Source of the DNA: a virus
Lineage: Duplodnaviria; Caudoviricetes
Virus record (IMG/VR): IMGVR_UViG_3300022562_001966
Coordinates: 1 to 54,750 of that record
Reading direction: 5' to 3' (one strand)
DNA: 54,750 nucleotides
The notes under the pieces are model-generated. The model worked only from the letters and a program-made list of their open reading frames with translations. It was not told the DNA's origin and ran no database searches. A program made the translations under genes and the position numbers. Below are positions 9,144-18,406 of this stretch, one piece after another (within the stretch, counting starts at the first letter, position 1; each line of letters starts with the position of its first letter).

Positions 9144-10176
9144 TTCTTTGCCCTCTATTATCTTCTCGATTTTTCACCATCATTGAGAATTCCGCTGCAT
9201 TTAAAGGTTCAATCACTTGATCATCAATGTAATCCTTGGATACTTGTGAAAGGAAATGGAATATGACAGAAAACCGATTTATAAAAATAACGCAATGAAT
9301 ATATTTATTCTCAATCCCAAAGTCTTCAAGTTTTAAATTATCAATAACTTTGTTTGACGATGATAGCCTTTTAATTTCATTAAACTCTTCATCGGATAAT
9401 CTGGCTTTCAAATTTGCATATTTTTTTGCAATTGCTTCAATTGCAGCAATTAAAGGCAGATATAAAAACCTAAGACCAATTGCGCTGCAAAAACCAATAT
9501 TAAACGGACTAACATTATGCAGAGGATTTTTTAACAACCCGCTTGCTTTCGCTTGATCCAGTTCAAATTCTTTGATAAAAGCAAGAGCCTTTGAATTGTA
9601 ATTTTCGCCCAATAATATATTCATTTTCAAAACCAATTCGCCATCAAAAGCATGGTCGCATTCATAATAATCTTCATCTTTCCCTGAATCTAAATCTTTT
9701 AATATCTTTTGCCTGAAATTCATGGCACTGAATGATGCCAATTCAACCCAATTCTCTCTTGATTTACATATTCTTTCCATAAATACATTGAAGCCTTCTG
9801 AGAACAAACATAAAGCAAACACGCATTTATCAGCCAGTTCGCAATTGTCTTTGATCCACTCAATTTCATCTGATTGCTCCAAGCTTGCAATGGATTTTAT
9901 TAATTTGGCTAATTCTTTGTCATCAATTTGCGGATTTGCTTTTCTTGCTGTTTTTTTAATCTCACTCTCTGCAACCAAGTACCCATCTGTTAAAGATTTC
10001 AGACCTATGGAATACAGCACGCCTTTTAAAAAATCACTTTCATCTGTCGTAATTCCAATGGCAATGGCTCTTATTAAATAATCATTAAGCGTTATTGTTT
10101 GTATCCTCATTAGTTGTAATGATGCAACGCCATCATCATAAATGTGAAATAATTTCTTTTTGTCAGATTCATTCAT
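9133..10176 (-). CDS. Helical hypothetical protein, paralog family B
   Basis: 347 aa; GVLYSIGL and FELDQAKA...GFCSAIGL motifs. Confidence 0.8.
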   Translation of the reverse strand: MNESDKKKLFHIYDDGVASLQLMRIQTITLNDYLIRAIAIGITTDESDFLKGVLYSIGLKSLTDGYLVAESEIKKTARKANPQIDDKELAKLIKSIASLEQSDEIEWIKDNCELADKCVFALCLFSEGFNVFMERICKSRENWVELASFSAMNFRQKILKDLDSGKDEDYYECDHAFDGELVLKMNILLGENYNSKALAFIKEFELDQAKASGLLKNPLHNVSPFNIGFCSAIGLRFLYLPLIAAIEAIAKKYANLKARLSDEEFNEIKRLSSSNKVIDNLKLEDFGIENKYIHCVIFINRFSVIFHFLSQVSKDYIDDQVIEPLNAAEFSMMVKNREDNRGQRNDH

Positions 10177-10191
10177 TATCTAATACCTATG

Positions 10192-10488
10192 CTATCTGTT
10201 AGTTGATTTTCTATTTAACATCACTTGCCATAATAAACTGACAATAAATACTATTTGGTAGAATGCGATTTCACATGCAATCTCATTTATGAATTTCCAG
10301 AATTCATGCTGCAAATCTGAAGTAATCACAGCAACAAATAACAAAATGGCCAAATCTCTTTTAATTGGCCGAAAACAAAATGACAAAATATCAGGTTCTT
10401 TCCAAGCCCTTAAATTGAAAAACACACAGGCAAGACCAACAATCAAAATACCAAACCAGTGAAAATCAAATATCCAAAACTCAATCAT
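10192..10488 (-). CDS. Small membrane protein
   Basis: 98 aa with about three hydrophobic segments. Confidence 0.6.
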   Translation of the reverse strand: MIEFWIFDFHWFGILIVGLACVFFNLRAWKEPDILSFCFRPIKRDLAILLFVAVITSDLQHEFWKFINEIACEIAFYQIVFIVSLLWQVMLNRKSTNR

Positions 10489-10496
10489 GGCTTAAT

Positions 10497-10889
10497 CTAA
10501 AATTTCATTTTTATAGTTAACGGATGTTCATCACTGGGCCTGACCTCAATGTATATTCTGCCATTGGCAAGAATGATTAAATGATCAACCATAAATGGAT
10601 CATTCGTCCATTGCTTCCCATCGGCATTAAAACAAAGATCATCAATAGAATTGCATTCCCCTCTTCTCGCCTTTAAATTAACTTGCAGCATTAATTGCAA
10701 GACAAGGGGCCACACTTCATCTAGTCGTTGTTTCTTTAATGCGCTATTTTCAATGCAATATTCCAGCAAAGTGACAACATTAAATTCATTTAGAATCAAT
10801 ATTTCTGATTCATTGAATTCCAATTTCGAATAATCAATCATTGTATTCGCCTTTGTTGTCAACAAATTTGTGAAATCCATTATTTTCAA
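10497..10889 (-). CDS. Hypothetical phage protein
   Basis: ORF in the co-oriented run; likely start MIDYSK overlapping the upstream stop. Confidence 0.65.
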   Translation of the reverse strand: MKIMDFTNLLTTKANTMIDYSKLEFNESEILILNEFNVVTLLEYCIENSALKKQRLDEVWPLVLQLMLQVNLKARRGECNSIDDLCFNADGKQWTNDPFMVDHLIILANGRIYIEVRPSDEHPLTIKMKF

Positions 10890-11133
10890 TCATTGATTTT
10901 GCTGAGGATAAAACTTCACCTATTATTTGTGGGTTACAATTGCTTAATACTGATAAAACTTGATCGTAATTATCTGGATCAAATGTGACCAATATCTGGC
11001 CAACATGAATATCTTTTTTCTGCAAACTTTCATCAAGTTTAATGAATTGCTTTTTTAATACTTTTTCATATCGTTTGAATTCTGCATCGACTGTAAAATC
11101 ATTGGCATTAGTGAAATCCGGTTTTCCTTTCAT
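10834..11133 (-). CDS. Hypothetical protein, paralog pair C
   Basis: GQILVTFDP...SVLSNCNP motif; ATGA-type overlap with the AP2 gene. Confidence 0.7.
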   Translation of the reverse strand: MKGKPDFTNANDFTVDAEFKRYEKVLKKQFIKLDESLQKKDIHVGQILVTFDPDNYDQVLSVLSNCNPQIIGEVLSSAKSMIENNGFHKFVDNKGEYND

Positions 11134-11756
11134 AATTTAACCTTTATTTTAATTTGCTTACGTCCAGTAAAAATATGGTTCAACGCCGATACAGGGATAT
11201 CCCACCCTTCCACATTCATCTGCTTCAGTAAAATTTTAAAGCGATTCGGTTTTGGCATTTTAATTAATAAATCGTCTAGATGTTGTTCGCCTAACTCGTG
11301 GTGATTAAGCCAAAACAAAACAGCTTCACGCCATGCTTGTTCGTAACCATAATAGCTAATTGAAAATAACTTATCTGATTTACCATGCCCTCGACTGACA
11401 CAAAATCCTACTCGATAATATTCATATCCCTTGTACCTCTCTTTTCTATCAACTGCAATTTTCATCATAATGCCTGATATGCCTGTTGTTCCTTCTTCTC
11501 TGGCATGAGGCGAATGATCAGCAATCAATTTTGCGGCCTTTTTAGCTTCAACTTGTTGCGCTTTTAATTGCTTATCTATTGAAATAGCTTTATTTATGAA
11601 TTTGTTTTGCTGAGTCAGTGATATGAATTCATTTATATTCTTGCTTTTCCTGAATGAAAAATACTTTTGATACAATTTCCCTGCAATCGATCTGGCTACT
11701 CTTACACCGATAAAATTCGCAGGATGATCGCCATCGTTGTAAATATATACGGCCAT
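11130..11756 (-). CDS. AP2-domain DNA-binding protein
   Basis: TTGISGI...KLFSISYYGYEQAWREAV; a second AP2-like unit at the N-terminus (GVRV...QKYFSF). Confidence 0.65.
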   Translation of the reverse strand: MAVYIYNDGDHPANFIGVRVARSIAGKLYQKYFSFRKSKNINEFISLTQQNKFINKAISIDKQLKAQQVEAKKAAKLIADHSPHAREEGTTGISGIMMKIAVDRKERYKGYEYYRVGFCVSRGHGKSDKLFSISYYGYEQAWREAVLFWLNHHELGEQHLDDLLIKMPKPNRFKILLKQMNVEGWDIPVSALNHIFTGRKQIKIKVKL

Positions 11757-11797
11757 GCTTTAACCCCATCAAACCAATTAATATTCATCTGCATCGA

Positions 11798-12085
11798 TTA
11801 ATTAATCTTGACCTCTTCATGATATGGTTGAATTTTATACTTAGGTCTTTTCAATTGCGTTAATAATCCTTCCAGTGTTTTTATTGCCTGATCTCTGGAA
11901 AGATTAGAAATGTATGAAAATTGCTTGTCTCCATCAACATAAGGGAAAGTTGCCAGCAAAAAACCAATCCTCTCTTGGCCGGTTTCTTTCTTTAATAAAT
12001 CATGTATTGATCCCCCCAGAGGTTCTATTAATTTACTCAATACAATTTCCAATTCATGTTGATTCAAATCTTTTGTATTCGACAT
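11798..12085 (-). CDS. Hypothetical protein, paralog pair C
   Basis: GFLLATFPY...SYISNLSR motif. Confidence 0.75.
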   Translation of the reverse strand: MSNTKDLNQHELEIVLSKLIEPLGGSIHDLLKKETGQERIGFLLATFPYVDGDKQFSYISNLSRDQAIKTLEGLLTQLKRPKYKIQPYHEEVKIN

Positions 12086-12096
12086 TATCTCACCTC

Positions 12097-12471
12097 TTAA
12101 ACCATGAAATTTGGCGGCCTCTGGCAGAAATCATTAGTTCCAAATTTCCGCCATAAATGCAAAGTATAGGGATGGTTATTTACATAATCCGATTTAGGTG
12201 GATGAAATTGAATCACCAAATCATCATCATCCCAAAACTGCTCTTTAATAAATTGCATTTCATCCCAAGTCGGTGTTCGATTTAATAACGTTGATGTGCT
12301 GACATGCTCCCATCCAAAACCATCTGAAGCGATGCAAATTAAATGAATGGTGCGGCCTGATTTTCTCAATCTATATGGAATACGAAACATGCCATTATTA
12401 CCATAAGATTCATGACTGCTGTAAGCACCGGCTTTTTTCAGCCGGTATTTTTCTTTTACTCTAAATGCCAT
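12097..12471 (-). CDS. Conserved phage protein (DUF7694-like)
   Basis: GWEHVS...RTPTWDEM...QFHPPKSDYVNNHPYTLHLW. Confidence 0.75.
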   Translation of the reverse strand: MAFRVKEKYRLKKAGAYSSHESYGNNGMFRIPYRLRKSGRTIHLICIASDGFGWEHVSTSTLLNRTPTWDEMQFIKEQFWDDDDLVIQFHPPKSDYVNNHPYTLHLWRKFGTNDFCQRPPNFMV

Positions 12472-12472
12472 T

Positions 12473-13135
12473 TTATTCAGTATCCTTTTTTTCTTCTTTT
12501 TTTACTCTGTATTTTTCAATGAATTTGTCCATATTTTCAATTACCAAAAAGCTGCCATTTTCCTGTATCTGATATTTCAAATCTGGATATTTTTTCAGGA
12601 TTAATGTAATCAAATAACTTCCAGCCAGACAATATCTGGTAAAAATAGTTAACCACCGCTTTACTTCCATGCACAATTCATGTGCTTTTTGCAATTCTTC
12701 AAGATGATCAATAAAATCAGTATCGAAAAAATTTTTCGAGGTTAATTGCTCTTCACTCATTTTATAATAAGGATGGTTTTGTAATTCTTTATTCTTACGA
12801 ATAACTTTGGATCGAAAATACATAAAACCAGAAACAAATTCTTCTAAACCAATTCCAAATAATTTGTTTTGCAAATCGCCAAATCTATCCATTTCCATTT
12901 GCTCAAGTAAATACTGGCATTCCGGCTTGTTATCGAAATATTGAATTGCTACTTCTATTTTATCCAGCATTTCCATAAAAAATGGATCTATTTGAATATC
13001 AGAGATAAATTCCCTCGTTAAAACTTCTCTATCAACAAATGAATCTTTTATCGTTTCTTTCATGTTATTTAATATTTTTTGTGCTGTTTCTTTGCTTTTC
13101 ATAATTATTCTCCTATCGCAAAACCAATCCTGCAT
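12473..13135 (-). CDS. Helical hypothetical protein, probable single-domain family B member
   Basis: LFGIGLEEFVSGF resembles LYSIGLKSLTDGY of 9133..10176; likely start MKSKETA at 13102. Confidence 0.7.
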   Translation of the reverse strand: MQDWFCDRRIIMKSKETAQKILNNMKETIKDSFVDREVLTREFISDIQIDPFFMEMLDKIEVAIQYFDNKPECQYLLEQMEMDRFGDLQNKLFGIGLEEFVSGFMYFRSKVIRKNKELQNHPYYKMSEEQLTSKNFFDTDFIDHLEELQKAHELCMEVKRWLTIFTRYCLAGSYLITLILKKYPDLKYQIQENGSFLVIENMDKFIEKYRVKKEEKKDTE

Positions 13136-13379
13136 TGATCAATAATAACCGCCATTCTGCATAACCGATTACAGAACCGGCTTTAACGCAATCACCAATA
13201 GATTGCTCTGTCCATCGTTGCACAGTTCGAATTGAGCAACCTGTGATTCTGGAAACATCTTCATTTGACCATCCCGCCCAATCTAGCAACCACAACACCT
13301 GATCTGTTCTTGGTGGCAACCAATCCTCCCCTCTTGCCATGCTTGGCCATATTAATTCTGTAATTTCTTTTTTGTTCAT
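13113..13379 (-). CDS. KorC-like HTH transcriptional repressor
   Basis: WLPP...LLDWAGWS...TGCSIRTVQRW...IGYAEWRLLLINAG follows the IncP KorC pattern (P..EV..L..AG...RT.RRW...IPYAAW.LL..AG). Confidence 0.65.
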   Translation of the reverse strand: MNKKEITELIWPSMARGEDWLPPRTDQVLWLLDWAGWSNEDVSRITGCSIRTVQRWTEQSIGDCVKAGSVIGYAEWRLLLINAGLVLR

Positions 13380-13401
13380 ATTTCATCCTTCCTTGATTGA
13401 G

Positions 13402-13887
13402 TTAAGAAACAATCCTCTGAAAAGTTGAATTAATAAAGTGCAATTTCACAATCCGCTCAAATGTATCAATTTTGACCGAATGGCTATAGGAATTATTTAG
13501 CTGCCTGATTATGGGGACAATGTATTTCAAACCATGTAAAACCAACTCTGCTTCTTTGCCTGAATCTCTCAATCTGGCCATCTTAATCTGGTTATTTTTA
13601 AATGATGAATTATTAAGAATGCTCATTTGATTCTGGTTAAAATAAATACTCAAAGCTTCGATATACGTTAATGGCGTCGTTATATCTGCCGGAATAATTC
13701 GTATAAACCACCCCATTTGAAATTTACCCTCTGTCACTTTTATTCTGCATAATTCAAATAGAAAAAACCGTTGATTGAATATTTTCACAAGATTGATCAT
13801 TCTGGTTGTATGATCAATTCTGGATTCAAAATGAAAGCTTAAATTTGATTGAAATATAGGATTGTAAGTCAACTTATTGAACCTCAA
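13402..13887 (-). CDS. Hypothetical protein, possible paralog set D
   Basis: 161 aa, AT-rich, overlapping stop/start chain. Confidence 0.65.
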   Translation of the reverse strand: MRFNKLTYNPIFQSNLSFHFESRIDHTTRMINLVKIFNQRFFLFELCRIKVTEGKFQMGWFIRIIPADITTPLTYIEALSIYFNQNQMSILNNSSFKNNQIKMARLRDSGKEAELVLHGLKYIVPIIRQLNNSYSHSVKIDTFERIVKLHFINSTFQRIVS

Positions 13888-14314
13888 TCATGAAAGGCTC
13901 ATCCTCTTCATTTCTGTAGATGGATAATTGTTGAGCAAAAGGTAATTTATCTTTGAGAATTTGGATCAGTAAATTTGAGCGTATGCCATGCTTATGTTCA
14001 TTTAGATCAACCAATATCAACATATAAATATGCTGGATAAAAAAATTCTCTAATCCAGCTAAGTTGTCCTTCATAAACATGAGAGTTAGATAATTAAGTT
14101 GGCAATCTTCAATAATCTTAACGGATTGTTTTTTTCTTAAAGGATTTTTCATATCCGTAAATGCCCATTCTCCAATGCTTGTACTGTATTTAAAATGAGC
14201 AAAATTATAATGTATAAGTTGAATTTTAAATTCATCAATCAACCCATTCACATTCTCTTTAACATCGACATTGATATTCAGCTTAAAATCATCCATTGAA
14301 ATTGTCCTATGCAA
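13874..14314 (-). CDS. Hypothetical protein, possible paralog set D
   Basis: 146 aa, overlapping chain. Confidence 0.65.
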   Translation of the reverse strand: MHRTISMDDFKLNINVDVKENVNGLIDEFKIQLIHYNFAHFKYSTSIGEWAFTDMKNPLRKKQSVKIIEDCQLNYLTLMFMKDNLAGLENFFIQHIYMLILVDLNEHKHGIRSNLLIQILKDKLPFAQQLSIYRNEEDEPFMIEVQ

Positions 14315-14777
14315 TGAGTTTTTTACCTTTTGAATCTTTGTAACCCCTGATTATTATTTTTGTATAATCAAGAATCTCATCTTTATTGAATTCAATTGAA
14401 GTTATGAAATACGCAATATTTCTAGCAATATTTAAAGCATCAATTTCTCTATGGAATCGGTTTTTGCCAAATAGATTATAAATAAAAATGAATACCTCAA
14501 ATTCCTTGAATTCCCTGTGCGAATACAATCTGACCTTTAAATTAGGAACAAACCAAGACCTGTTTCTAACGAATGCCATCCAATAGTTTTCGCCAGTTAC
14601 ATTTAACCTGATAAACAAGATTTGAACACTGCCATCTGACACCAAAATATGGGTTACTCTTTTATTGGCCTCTTCTACTGAAAAGTAGATTTGAGTATTA
14701 ACTATATTTTCTGGCGAATTTCTGATCTCAACATCTTGCGTCTTTACCAGAGACAATCGTATAGATTTATTTTTCAT
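14307..14777 (-). CDS. Hypothetical protein, possible paralog set D
   Basis: 156 aa, overlapping chain. Confidence 0.65.
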   Translation of the reverse strand: MKNKSIRLSLVKTQDVEIRNSPENIVNTQIYFSVEEANKRVTHILVSDGSVQILFIRLNVTGENYWMAFVRNRSWFVPNLKVRLYSHREFKEFEVFIFIYNLFGKNRFHREIDALNIARNIAYFITSIEFNKDEILDYTKIIIRGYKDSKGKKLIA

Positions 14778-14789
14778 TGTGATTCATCT

Positions 14790-16373
14790 TCATCCATGAA
14801 CAACATTCATATATTTGCCATTACGCTTCACGGTTATTTCAATCCCATCACCAAGCGATACAAAACGACCAGTTTGGATTAATGCCTGATCAACACTGGT
14901 TGGAATTATTTTTGCCTCCGAATCAATAAAGCGTTTCCACCAATGGACGACATGCATTCTTGCTCTTGGATTTTCGATTGCTATCCATTCTTTTGCGATT
15001 TCTTTCAAGCCTCGAAAATAAGTTACCTGCAAAGTGGTTTGCTTTCTCTGCCATTTCTTTAAATGCAATTCAGTTACCCTTTCTTTCTTTGGCTGACTTT
15101 TAAAGCTTAATAATTCCGCTGTATCCGCCTTTGGCATGTGTTTTGGAGTGCTTTCGAATTCAAATTCATAACCGCACGCGCATTCTCTGATTGATGGATG
15201 CTGCATGGCTTTGCAGATTGGGCAACGCTTCTCTGGGCAATTATCGGAGTTTTCGCCATTTGATTTCTTTCGTTTGGGCGCTTCAATCGTATCAATCGGG
15301 CCATGCTCTGCTGTATTGCCACCAAAATCCAATACAAGGCAATTCTCCTTGCCCTCGAATAATCGCATTCCTCTGCCAAGAATCTGCATCCATAAACAAC
15401 TGGACATTGTTTTACGCAATACAGCAATTAAATCCAGATTCGGGATATCCACCCCTGTTGTCAAAACATCACAATTGGTCAAAAAATCCAACTGGCCTGA
15501 CTTTATTGCATTAAGATAATTTTGCCTTTCAGCTTTTGAGGTTTTGCCTGTTATAGTTTCAACTCTGAATTTCATCTGCCTGAGACATTCAGCGACTTTA
15601 AATGCGTGTTCGATGCCGGAACAAAAAATTAGCCCTGCATTCCGACCGTTAAAATGATCAGCAATCTCATTACATGCCGATTTCAGTAATCCATCCTCGC
15701 TGAATATTTTCTGCATGACAGACTTGTTATAATCCCAGCCTGATTTATCCAAAGAATCAGTATTAAATAGGGTTTCAGTCGGCTTAGGAATCAATGGAGC
15801 AAGAAATCCCCGCTCAATCAACGTGCGAATTTTAATTTCGTAACAGATATCGGTGAACAATGAGCCTTCATCGATCAAATGGCCGGAATCCAAGCGCCAA
15901 GGCGTAGCAGAAAAGCCGATCACTTTTAATCTGGGATTGATGTTCAGCATGGCATCAATCAATTTATGATACATGCCAATGCCTTTAGGATTGAGTAAGT
16001 GGCATTCATCGATCAGGATTAAGTCCCTTTTCCCTAAAATATCTGGTTGCCTGAAAACCGTTTGTACACTGCAAAACAGAATGTTGTTATCGGTATCCCG
16101 TCTGTTAAGTGAAGCTGCATTAATCCCTGCATTCGCTTCAGGCCACACGCTGATTAATTTGTCGTGGTTTTGCTCAACCAGTTCTTTAACATGCGTGACA
16201 ATCAAAATACGCTGGTTGCAATATTGCTGCAACACTTTTTCGGCAAACAATGCAATGATTATGGATTTCCCCGCACCTGTGGGCGCTATGACAATCGGGT
16301 TGCCTGTTCTGTGAGCAAAATATTTGTAAATTGAATTTACAGCATCAAGTTGATAATCTCTGGCCTGAATCAA
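14790..16373 (-). CDS. SF2 DEAD/DEAH-box helicase with zinc ribbon (RadD/YejH-like)
   Basis: Walker A APTGAGKS, DECH, SAT, motif VI QILGRGMR, CPIC...CACG. Confidence 0.93.
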   Translation of the reverse strand: MIQARDYQLDAVNSIYKYFAHRTGNPIVIAPTGAGKSIIIALFAEKVLQQYCNQRILIVTHVKELVEQNHDKLISVWPEANAGINAASLNRRDTDNNILFCSVQTVFRQPDILGKRDLILIDECHLLNPKGIGMYHKLIDAMLNINPRLKVIGFSATPWRLDSGHLIDEGSLFTDICYEIKIRTLIERGFLAPLIPKPTETLFNTDSLDKSGWDYNKSVMQKIFSEDGLLKSACNEIADHFNGRNAGLIFCSGIEHAFKVAECLRQMKFRVETITGKTSKAERQNYLNAIKSGQLDFLTNCDVLTTGVDIPNLDLIAVLRKTMSSCLWMQILGRGMRLFEGKENCLVLDFGGNTAEHGPIDTIEAPKRKKSNGENSDNCPEKRCPICKAMQHPSIRECACGYEFEFESTPKHMPKADTAELLSFKSQPKKERVTELHLKKWQRKQTTLQVTYFRGLKEIAKEWIAIENPRARMHVVHWWKRFIDSEAKIIPTSVDQALIQTGRFVSLGDGIEITVKRNGKYMNVVHG

Positions 16374-16442
16374 AGCGACATTCCTTGTCTCAGTGTGATT
16401 CAGTAAAAATAGGTGAATTGGCGTGAATTGTCAGATTTAACT

Positions 16443-16643
16443 TTATTCGAAATCTTCTAAATATATTGCTCGTCTGCAAATATCGCTTTTAACGATCAAA
16501 ACATAACCGATTGAATATGGATCAGAATTACATTGTTGGAAATGGTCAATTGCTTCCTTTTTACTTAATGTTCTGCCTTGATATTTACCTTCTCCCCTGC
16601 CATCAACTGAACTCCCGCCAAATAACAGATACCAGTTCTCCAT
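16443..16643 (-). CDS. Small conserved phage protein
   Basis: 66 aa; strong G-rich RBS; GGSSVDGRG motif. Confidence 0.7.
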   Translation of the reverse strand: MENWYLLFGGSSVDGRGEGKYQGRTLSKKEAIDHFQQCNSDPYSIGYVLIVKSDICRRAIYLEDFE

Positions 16644-16657
16644 CTTACCCCCCCCTT

Positions 16658-16936
16658 CTATTGAATAAAATTTGCAATTAATTTTTCGGCTTTCTTTGTG
16701 CGTTTTAAAGCTTGCGTGAAATGTCGTTTGTGTTGCCCCTTAGTTTTGACGATAACAACTTTGATTAAACCATCGTTTTCATTAACCCAAACCTGAATCA
16801 TTCTTCTGCTGACATTCAGATTTTCAATCAAATCGCAGATTAGAACTGGTTTAGAACATGCCAATAAAATTGCAAGCCTTTGCATTGTAATTTTATTCTC
16901 AATCAATCTTTTTACATCCAGTTCCGTCACAATCAT
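16658..16936 (-). CDS. Putative winged-HTH protein
   Basis: DLIENLNVSRRMIQVWV helix-turn-helix-like segment. Confidence 0.5.
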   Translation of the reverse strand: MIVTELDVKRLIENKITMQRLAILLACSKPVLICDLIENLNVSRRMIQVWVNENDGLIKVVIVKTKGQHKRHFTQALKRTKKAEKLIANFIQ

Positions 16937-17004
16937 ATTTTAAATTTCCCTATTCAGCCTTAATTAAATTAACCCTATAAAACCCTTCAAACCCTACTAG
17001 CCGG

Positions 17005-17193
17005 TTACTTACCGGCTAGTTCCGCATCATGTGCGGCTGTTGAGTGAGTGTGGCCAGCCCAACAATGGCCACACTTTGAGTTGTACCCGCTGGGGTACAT
17101 TTTGTGGATGGGGCTTGTATCGCCCCCATCCTTGCGCCAAACGCGGTAGGTTTGGCCATCGGAACCTGTGTATTTTTCGGCTTGGATTGTCAT
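17005..17193 (-). CDS. Small Cys/His-containing protein
   Basis: 62 aa; RBS GAGG; CGHCWAGHTH. Confidence 0.6.
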   Translation of the reverse strand: MTIQAEKYTGSDGQTYRVWRKDGGDTSPIHKMYPSGYNSKCGHCWAGHTHSTAAHDAELAGK

Positions 17194-17206
17194 GATTGGT
17201 TGCCTC

Positions 17207-17407
17207 TTAAAAAATGGTTTTGATTCCGGCTTGATGTAACTGGTTCTTTATGTGTTCTGGCAAATCAAAAACACCATCATAATCAACAACCGCTCTCGAT
17301 TCCAAATCAATGATTATAATTCCACCATAGCTGAGATCCTCGTGATACCATTCAGCTTTTGTTTGTCGCAATTGAATCGTTTCGCTACTCTTTGCAGATA
17401 ATTTCAT
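17207..17407 (-). CDS. Small hypothetical protein (start refined to MKLSAK)
   Basis: RBS GAGGTG before ATG at 17407; the longer called start runs through the promoter. Confidence 0.65.
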   Translation of the reverse strand: MKLSAKSSETIQLRQTKAEWYHEDLSYGGIIIIDLESRAVVDYDGVFDLPEHIKNQLHQAGIKTIF

Positions 17408-17438
17408 TTTGCACCTCGCATGTGATTTGATAAACTTA

Positions 17439-17466
17439 ATAATACTACAATTAGAGCTAATTGCAA
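17439..17466 (-). promoter_or_regulatory. sigma70 promoter with palindromic operator
   Basis: TTGCAA-N16-TATTAT; CAATTAG-CT-CTAATTG at 17448-17463. Confidence 0.7.
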
Positions 17467-17475
17467 GTGATTTTC

Positions 17476-18375
17476 TCAATTTAATTTTGATGGTCGCTTA
17501 CCAAAAGCGAAATAGGCATCGCCCTCTTTTGGCTCCAAAGTGGCTTTGAAAGCGATATGAAGCTTTTTGGCGCTGGATAATTCCAGAACCCCGTCATCAT
17601 CGCGAACCATTGATTCTTTCAAGCCTTTAGGTGCTGATACCCATACCTTAAAACCGCGCTTATCAATGAACAGAATTTTAAGCGTATTCACAAAACGGCC
17701 ATATCCGTCGTGCGCTGCGTGCCATTTTGCTGCCAAAACATACCCATCTAAGCTTATTCGTCCTGTGGTTGCTGGCTGTTTATTCGCTTCCAGAGACTTA
17801 ACAAATGAATCCCAATCATTCCGATCATTAATTTTGGCTTGAACTTTAATAACGGCGCTGGCTTGTTTTTCAGTCAACTCTTCACCGCCAAATGCCTTTT
17901 GACGAATGTCATTCATGAAATCCATATCCCCTTCATACTGACCCAATGCGGCCATTGCTTCAGGATATCGGCGCTCATTGATGGCTTTCACTTCATCCTT
18001 ACGCGCATCTTTTGCGGCCTGTTCTGCCACCTGTTTTTCCATGCGCTTTGCCTCTGCTCTGGCTTGCGCTTTTTCTCTGTTGATGTTCAATTTTTCCAGC
18101 TTTTCCGCTGAATACAGCTTGCATGGACGATAACCCATAAAGCCACTGCCACCACATTTATAACAAGTGTATCCAGTGAAAATCCACTTATCAGCACCAC
18201 CTGCACCACCGCACCGTGAACACGGAATAGCGAGTTGAATGCTGGCCTCATTGTCGTTTTTTACAACAAAAGGCTTGGCAAAATATGGGATATTGCGAGT
18301 GATCATCATTTTGCTATCCATTTTCATGCCACTTCGCAGAAACCAGTCTTTCTTTGCAGTAGATGAATTTTCCAT
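17476..18375 (-). CDS. DnaJ-type zinc-finger protein with possible OB-fold C-terminus (start refined to MENSST)
   Basis: CSRCGGAG...CYKCGGSG; RBS GAGGG before ATG at 18375. Confidence 0.75.
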   Translation of the reverse strand: MENSSTAKKDWFLRSGMKMDSKMMITRNIPYFAKPFVVKNDNEASIQLAIPCSRCGGAGGADKWIFTGYTCYKCGGSGFMGYRPCKLYSAEKLEKLNINREKAQARAEAKRMEKQVAEQAAKDARKDEVKAINERRYPEAMAALGQYEGDMDFMNDIRQKAFGGEELTEKQASAVIKVQAKINDRNDWDSFVKSLEANKQPATTGRISLDGYVLAAKWHAAHDGYGRFVNTLKILFIDKRGFKVWVSAPKGLKESMVRDDDGVLELSSAKKLHIAFKATLEPKEGDAYFAFGKRPSKLN

Positions 18376-18406
18376 GATTTTGCCCTCGCTATTTGTGTAT
18401 AAATTA

